64,000 nt of DNA, from the NCBI RefSeq assembly GCF_009914755.1, contig NC_060933.1. The stretch is one strand, 5' to 3'. This DNA is from the human T2T-CHM13v2.0 reference genome, Homo sapiens. Made by a program: the position numbers and the translations under genes. How positions within the stretch are numbered: position 1 is the stretch's first letter; every line of letters starts with the position of its first letter. Positions 52,630 to 64,000 of this stretch are shown here, piece after piece. The notes below the pieces were generated by a model, which saw only the letters and a list, made by a program, of their open reading frames with translations, was not told the origin of the DNA and did no database searches.

Positions 52630-53120
52630 ATTTCTGTCCATTTTACTTTCTGTCTCCCAACTCTATCCAGTCTCTCCAAATCTACTGCCATAATTCTGTT
52701 CCAAACTACCACAATTTTTTGCCTGGGTTACACCAATAGCCATTTAATGGGACTCCCTGCATCTAATCTGAGGTCTCTTTGTTTTGTACACTGTTAGCAG
52801 AATGGATTTTATAAAATGTATACGTACTCATCCTTCTTGTTTAAAACTCTTCAATGAATTCCCATTGCTCCTAAGGTAATATGGCCTACCTGGCCTTCAT
52901 GCTCATTCTTTGTGTTTAGGACACAATCTTCTTTGAATTACTCGACTGTAACCTATTCTCCTTCCTTCAGCTCATAGAAGCAGGGCTTTTGCATACCATT
53001 TTCCTATGACAGTCTTTCCTCCCTCCTTTATCTATCACACTATATTCACAAGATTAACAAATTCAGATACTTCAGACAATTCAACAGTCATTTCCTCTGG
53101 AAAATCTTCCCTGACCACAG
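52630..53120 (+). mobile_element. L2 fragment
   Basis: Pyrimidine-rich L2 motifs (taaaactcttcaatgaattcccattgctc, tcttccctgacc). Confidence 0.65.
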
Positions 53121-53229
53121 AGGTCAGATAGTTGTTTACAAAGCAGTTTTAAAATGGGTCAGTTTTAATGAACACTATGATAATTAGACTGAAAAAGTAA
53201 AAGAATCAGCACTTGTTCTAACAGTTTAC

Positions 53230-54172
<943 letters not shown>

Positions 54173-54187
54173 GAAAATAGGGAACTC

Positions 54188-55682
<1,495 letters not shown>

Positions 55683-57027
55683 CTAACTTATCAACAAATT
55701 ACATTATCTGACTAAAGGAGAAAAAGTATGTGATCATCTCAACAGAATGCCAGAAAACCACCTGATAAAATCTCTACATAAACTGTTTCTACTCTACCAA
55801 AGAGAATAATGAGCAGAGGATATGTACAGAAAATTACATAAGAAGAAATCAAATGGCAAATAAAAATATTAAAATGTTCAATCTCACTAATAAGGAAAAT
55901 AAAAATTAAAACAAACTATTAATTTGACCCACTAGTCTGGCAATTTTTTTAAAAAATGCCATCAAAATGTCATCAAAAGCTAGTTAAGAATCTCAGAAAT
56001 AGGTATTCTTATATATATACTGTTTGGACTATAAATCTGTAAAGTCTCATTTGGAAAGCATTTGGTGGCATTCATAAGTTTTTAATAGCATAAACTTTGA
56101 CCCAGGAATTTCAGTTCTCACACTCTCTCCCAACATAACTCTTGTAGGAGATATATACATAAAGGTGTTTGTATTGTAGTCACAACAATACAAAAAAACC
56201 TGCACACCCAAATATCAGAAAAATATAATACAATACCAGGCAGTCAGTAAAAATAACAAACCACGTATATAAAGAAGCCTATCACAACAATGCAGGTATT
56301 CAACAGCGGGAATAACACAATACAGCTTAAGTGTAGGAACTTAAAAACACGTATCTCACGAGGAGTGATTAAAAGAGGCCGCGTATCAAAATACTAATGG
56401 AGGGGCAAGAAAAGGGACTTGACGCTTTCCCTTTATTTCCTCATTGAATGAATTTAAAGTACCTATTCATTCATTTGTTTTCAAACAAATTATGAACTTT
56501 TTTAAAACGGCGTTCTCTTGGCAGACTGGTGGCGTATAAAGAACATGGCTTTTGTAGTCAGATATTTGGATTCAAACCTAGGAGCTATTAACAAACTCTG
56601 TGACCGTGGGTAAAGTTTAACTTCTTTGGGCCTCAATTTTCTTATCTCTAATGCGGAGTTAACCATATCTACGAAAAGGTGAAGACGAAGGGAGAAGTGT
56701 TTGGCTCGCAAGGGAAATGAAGGCTAGCTTCCAACTCGTATTCTTCCGGCAGACTGAAACCATAGGAGTGGAAGGAGCCAAGAGTTTAAAAAATAAATTA
56801 AAAAAAAAGTGATCAGGAAATCCAGAAACTTGAAGTTCAAGATTCAAGACACGGATGGGAGTGTGGGGCTCACCAGGACTTAGGTAGGAACATGAACCTC
56901 AAGGACGGACGACCTTGAGATTGCCGCGCTAGCAGTGAGCTCCAGCCTGCGCCCCATCCCTCTGGAAGCCCGACTTCTTCCGAAAAAGCAGCAGCTCCAG
57001 GAAGCGGCCAGAGGGGCGCGCACGCAC

Positions 57028-57330
57028 CTGCTGCAAGGAGCCCGAGACGCTGGAAGAGTCGGTACTCCTCCGCTTCCGGCGCTCGCTGCGCTCCACGCTG
57101 CTCCCGCCCCAACAGCTGCCGCCGCTCCCACCGCCGGTGACACTTCCACTAAAATTGGCGTTCCCACAGCAGCTGACGCTCCCGCAGCCCCCGGCGCTCC
57201 CGCAGCCGCTAGTGCTTCCACTGCTGCCGCTGGCCAACGCGGGTACGATGTCCGGGGCCGCGAGCGCTGCGGCCGCCTCCTGACTGCTACGTTTGCGCCG
57301 TTTCTCCCGGGAGGACTTTTTCCCCGTCAT
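57028..57330 (-). CDS. CAAP1: CAAP1 exon 1 coding part (basic NLS-like start, Gly/Ser/Cys-rich tract)
   Basis: ATG at 57330; 303 nt to donor CAG|gtgcgt. Confidence 0.97.
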
Positions 57331-57431
57331 GATCCCTCTGCTGCAACCATCGGAGGAAAGTCCGCTGTCTCTGGTGCGACCGAAGCCCGACTCCTGCGGC
57401 CGTGGGCGGCAGGCACTGGCGTCGCAGGTTA

Positions 57432-57445
57432 TGCGTCACTTCCGG
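57432..57445 (-). promoter_or_regulatory. Overlapping ETS (GABPA/ELK) and CRE half-site composite
   Basis: Minus-strand CCGGAAGTGACGCA about 100 bp upstream of the ATG. Confidence 0.7.
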
Positions 57446-58400
57446 CCGTGGCACAGAACGTGGTGAAGCGTTATGGGCCGGGGTGGCAGGGGGGTTGCCA
57501 TAACCAGTTGCGCTTCCCCCTCCGGTCGCGGAGGTCGATTTGAGTGTGTAGCGGGTAGCCTGTCTAGTCAGAGTTTGTTTTGTTTTGTTTTTATATCTCT
57601 ACAAAGGATAGAAGGTGGAACTTACGTCCTTTTAACTTCAAAACTTTTTATTGTTAGTGTTTTGTCTGTTTACAATAAGGTTGAAGTATAGTTGCTGATT
57701 CTCCATTTCCGTTTACCTCCAAATCTTAAGATATTAACAACGCTATGACAATAAAGAGAATAGGGAAAAGTTGTTCCATCTCATTTTCCTCATCACCTGG
57801 GCAAATTAGGTATTTCTTGCGTAGAGTCTGACATGGACAAGTAGAGCTTGAGTTCGTTTTTGAAAATTGAGAATGGGTCAAAGCTTTATGAGATTTTATG
57901 GGTGGATGTAATCTAAATAGAAGGCAGATTTTAAGACAAGGGAGCTAGAACACTTAAAACGTGAACCAAGGTCTTTGTCGTTTCAGCAGGGGCCTTTAGC
58001 CACTGAGGGAAAAAGGTAGAGCCTGGGGCAAAGCTAGCTGGGTGGTAGTAATTCTGTGCCTTTCCCTGGGGTAAGAAGCAATTAAAGAAGCTTCCCTTCT
58101 CTTTGTCTCCTATTTGTCTCAGTCATTCAACAACTACTTAAATGCCTAAAACCAGCCTAGGGTTAATAAATAGGGACACTTCCAGCCCTAGGAAAACTGT
58201 CTTCCCCCAGGCCCCACTCTTAAATTGGCCTTGTAAGGTAAATCCTGGGGCTGAGCCCACTGTGTTCCCAGGAGTTCCATTAAGTATCACACTCATTGGA
58301 GTCATACCTGAAAGGATTGAGAGTGTTGTGTTCACAGATAGGAAAAACACATAAAATTAATAACATGTTACATTTATAAACCTGTTATGAATTGTGTCCC

Positions 58401-59846
<1,446 letters not shown>

Positions 59847-59996
59847 TCACCCACAGAATTCATATGTTGAATCCCTAACCCCAATGTGACTGAATTTGGA
59901 GATAGGGTCATTAAGGAGGTAATTAAGGTTAAATGAAGTCATAAGGGTGGGTCCCTAATCTAATATAACTGGTGTCCTTATTAAAAGAAGAGTCTG

Positions 59997-60848
<852 letters not shown>

Positions 60849-61580
60849 AAAGAAAAGAACAGACTGCCCTGTCTTCTCACCACATACAGAGGAGAGGCCA
60901 TGTGAAGACACAGTGAGAAGGTAGCCATCCACAAGCCAGGAAGAGAAGCCTCACCAGAAACCAACCTTGATGATATGCTGATCTTGGACCTTTAGCCTCC
61001 AGAACTGAGAAAATAAATTTCTGTTTAAGCCACCCAGTTTGTGGCACTTTGTTATGGCAGCCCGAGCTAGCTAATACAGACCTAAAATGTTATGTGTGCC
61101 TGGATAGAGCTACCTGGCTGCAAATTACTCTCTTATAAAATCAATTGAGAAGCTTCTAGGTTTCCACTTTGTTCTACAGCAACCTGACAAACGGTGTTCA
61201 TATTTCTTCAGGTGGACCAAGGAGGCAAAGCACTCCTCACTAGATTGCTGTACAGTATTTATGAACTTGGCAGATGAATCACAGTCTTTGTCTGCCCTCT
61301 CACACACTTGTTCTAGGACACAAAGGCATTGTTCTACCACTGGTGATAGAGAAGGGGAGAAAATAGAACAAAATGCATGTCTTCATAAGCAATTTTCTAG
61401 TGAGGGGAAACAATAAGAAAATACACAATAGGAAGTGCTTCTATCTTCACTCACTATGGCACTCTGCATTCTTCTTACCCTGTTTTTCTTCAGCACCCTT
61501 AAACACCACCACACATATATTTATCTGTGTCCTTCCACTTGAATGTAAGCTCCTTGAAAGCAAGGACTTTGTTTTATTTG

Positions 61581-62205
61581 CTTTTTTTTTTTTTCCTTTG
61601 AGACAGAGTCTCACCCTGTTGCTCAGGCTGGAGTGCAATGGCACGATCTCAGCTCACTGCAGCCTCTGCCTTCCGGGTTCAAGCAATTCTCCTGCTCAGC
61701 CTCCTGAGTAGCTGGGATTACAGGCACCCACCACCACGCCCAGCTAATTTTTGTAGTTTTAGTAGAGATGGGGTTTTACCATGTTGGCCAAGCTGGTCTA
61801 GAACTCCTGACTTTGTGATCCGCCTGCCTCAGCCTCCCAAAGTGCTGGGATTACAGGCGTGAGCCACCGCTCCTGGCTTTATTTGCTTTTTTATTCCCAA
61901 TATCCCACTGTCCTGAATAAAAATTTGGCACAGGCCAGGCACAGTGGCCCAATCTGTAATACCAGCACTTTAGGAGGCTGAGGTGGGCAGATCCCTTGAA
62001 CCCAGGAGTTCAAGAACAGCCTGAGCAACATGGCAAAACACCATCATTACAAAAAATACAAAAAAAAAAAAAAAAATTAGCCTGGCATGGTGGTCCCAGC
62101 TACTCAGGAGGCTGAGGTGGAAGGATTACCTGAGCCTGGGGAGATCGAGGCTGCTGTGAGCTGTGATTGCACCACTGCACTCCAGTATGGGGGACAGAGT
62201 GAGTA
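61581..62205. mobile_element. Antisense AluS (61581-61877) and sense AluJ (61933-62205), head to head
   Basis: Two dimers about 55 bp apart in opposite orientation. Confidence 0.9.
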
Positions 62206-62470
62206 AAATTAATGGCTAGAAACTAGTCTTTAATAAATGAGGTTGGGAGGAGGTTTGCGGCGCTCTTACGTCGCATGGTGGAGAGATATAGCCATAGGGA
62301 GTTAGCTGCTACTGTGAAGTTGACAGTCAAGTGGGCTTTGGAACCACAGGTACAAACTGCTTTCTACATGGGGTTCTGCTGAATGGAAGATGGGGAAAGG
62401 ACTTTGATTTATGCTAAGAACATGCCATAGAGACATCACAAGCCTGACTTACAGTCAGAGAGATGTCTTT

Positions 62471-62596
62471 TTAGGTTGAACCCATATGAAACTGGCTTTT
62501 TACAGGTTGAAAATGGTTGAATGTTGATTCAAGCAGCAGAGAGAAAAAAAAGGAAAAAGTAGTTGAATATTGACAATTTCATATGGTTCACCTTAA
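62471..62596. mobile_element. MADE2-like mariner MITE with an internal insertion
   Basis: Terminal inverted repeats ttaggttgaacccatatgaaa / tttcatatggttcaccttaa. Confidence 0.75.
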
Positions 62597-63063
62597 TATG
62601 CTTAAGAGGCCCAGCACTAAACATTGCTATGGACTTAAAGCTCTGCAAACAAATGCAGACTGCTTTTCTGCCTAGAACAAGTATATAAGGGAGGGTGGAC
62701 AGAGATTGGTTCTTATACACCAATTTCAGCAATGCATTGAGCATTGATCACAGTGATTGCCAGGGATAGGCATGCATTAATGCTGGGGTCAATCAGTTCT
62801 TCTCTGGGATTTTATAAAGAGATATTTGGTGAGAAATTTGCTCTTTCACACTAAGTCATCACTTAACTTCATTACAGTCAACTGGAAGTAAATTGTCTCC
62901 TAGCTGCTTGTTGTCATGTTCTCTGTCTTGTGACAATTCTAAGAAAATTAGGCCAACAAAAGCACTTGCTGAAACAAGTAACAAAAAATCCTGATACTAT
63001 CATTTTCCATCAGTGAGCCAGTGTAATTCTTTTTTCTCCCCCAATTAAGCTGATCTGAGTTGA

Positions 63064-63340
63064 TTTTTTTTTTTTTTTTCTTTTGAGACAGCCTCGCTGT
63101 TACCCAGGCTGGAGTGCAATGGTGCGATCTCGGCTCACTGCAACCTCCGCCCCCTGGGTTCAAGCGATTCTGTCTCAGGCTCCTGAGTAGCTGAGACTAC
63201 AGGCATGCACCACCATGCCTGGCTAATTTAGAGGGTTTCACCGTATCAGTCAGGCTGGTCTTGAACTCCTGACCTCAAATGATCCCCCGCCTCGGCCTCC
63301 CAAATTGCTGGGATTACAGGCATGAGCCACAGTGCCCTGT
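63064..63340 (-). mobile_element. AluS with linker deletion
   Basis: Antisense Alu, TSD ctgatctgagttgattt. Confidence 0.92.
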
Positions 63341-63390
63341 CTGATCTGAGTTGATTTCTGTCACTTGCAACCTGAAGTCCTAATTAATAC

Positions 63391-63440
63391 AACATAGTAC
63401 AGCATAAGTACAGCATAGTACAGCATAGTACAACATAAGT
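63391..63440. repeat. 10-11 bp minisatellite (CATAGTACAG), about 5 copies
   Basis: aacatagtac agcataagtac agcatagtac agcatagtac aacataagt. Confidence 0.88.
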
Positions 63441-64000
63441 CCTTCCATGCTCTGAACAGCATTTTTCTCTTCAGCCTTTCCTAGAAATACACTCTTCAGG
63501 CCTATTCAACAACCCTACCTACACTTATTGTATCTAAGATTCATTTTAAGTATAACTTATTTAAAACATTTCCACATCACTTCCATTCTCAATCCTCCTA
63601 AAATTAACCACTTCTTTTTTTGCAACCCACTATTCTCCCTACAGAGTGTCCAGAACTCTTTACTGCAGGCACTTGCTCAGTATCTTCTCCAATATACTGT
63701 TAGTTCCCAGGAACTATGCATATATATTTTTGTAGTCTCAACACCTGATACATTACCTGGAAGAAGCTAGGGATGCAAATATTTGTTAAAATTCTAAACT
63801 GATAATTTCAGGACCCACACAGAGCTTCTTTCTCTATCACCCTTGTGGCAAATTGCATTAATGACCCCAGTTCTTCACCTCTCCCTATATCCACAGCTTG
63901 CCATGTAATTTGGCAGTGCCCTCCTGCTACAGGTGAGACCTAATTCCCTACCCTTCTGCTACGCCATCTAACTTACTTTGGCCAAATGGATGTTAGCAGA

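Larger units (their letters stand above)
56900..57560. promoter_or_regulatory. CpG island / CAAP1 promoter and exon 1
   Basis: The only non-Alu GC- and CpG-dense block in the window; spans the ATG. Confidence 0.92.

Noticed and set aside
56935-57543. 202-aa plus-strand ORF and other overlapping ORFs over exon 1
   Set aside because: Antisense or alternative frames of a GC-rich, stop-poor CpG island; the track's start for the 202-aa ORF is GTG and the product is low-complexity.
63391-63440. Short direct-repeat arrays (also 24197-24246) as CRISPR-like
   Set aside because: No unique spacers, no cas genes, mammalian context; simple tandem repeats.

Overview
Primate (apparently human) genomic DNA containing the complete six-exon CAAP1 (C9orf82) gene on the minus strand. 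The CDS runs from ATG at 57330 to TAG at 6940 in exons of 303+201+85+76+74+347 = 1086 nt (361 aa), all with GT-AG boundaries, and the promoter is a CpG island. The rest is intronic or intergenic and dense in transposable elements: about 40 Alus, L1PA and old L1M/L2/MIR pieces, MaLR/ERVL/ERV1 LTRs including a full THE1 element, and hAT/Tigger/mariner DNA elements. There is also an H3F3A-derived processed pseudogene and a 7SL pseudogene. Nearly all other ORFs in the track are repeat-derived or chance ORFs. I see no convincing new multi-gene system. The most unusual signals are: a ~6.4 kb block of intron 5 with reversed strand skew (possible inversion), a tiny TSD-flanked L1 with a possible micro-transduction, candidate alternative donor and poison exons, and a deeply nested LTR/7SL/Alu stack upstream of the promoter. 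Repeat subfamily names are by eye from remembered consensus sequences, and repeat coordinates are approximate unless a TSD is cited.
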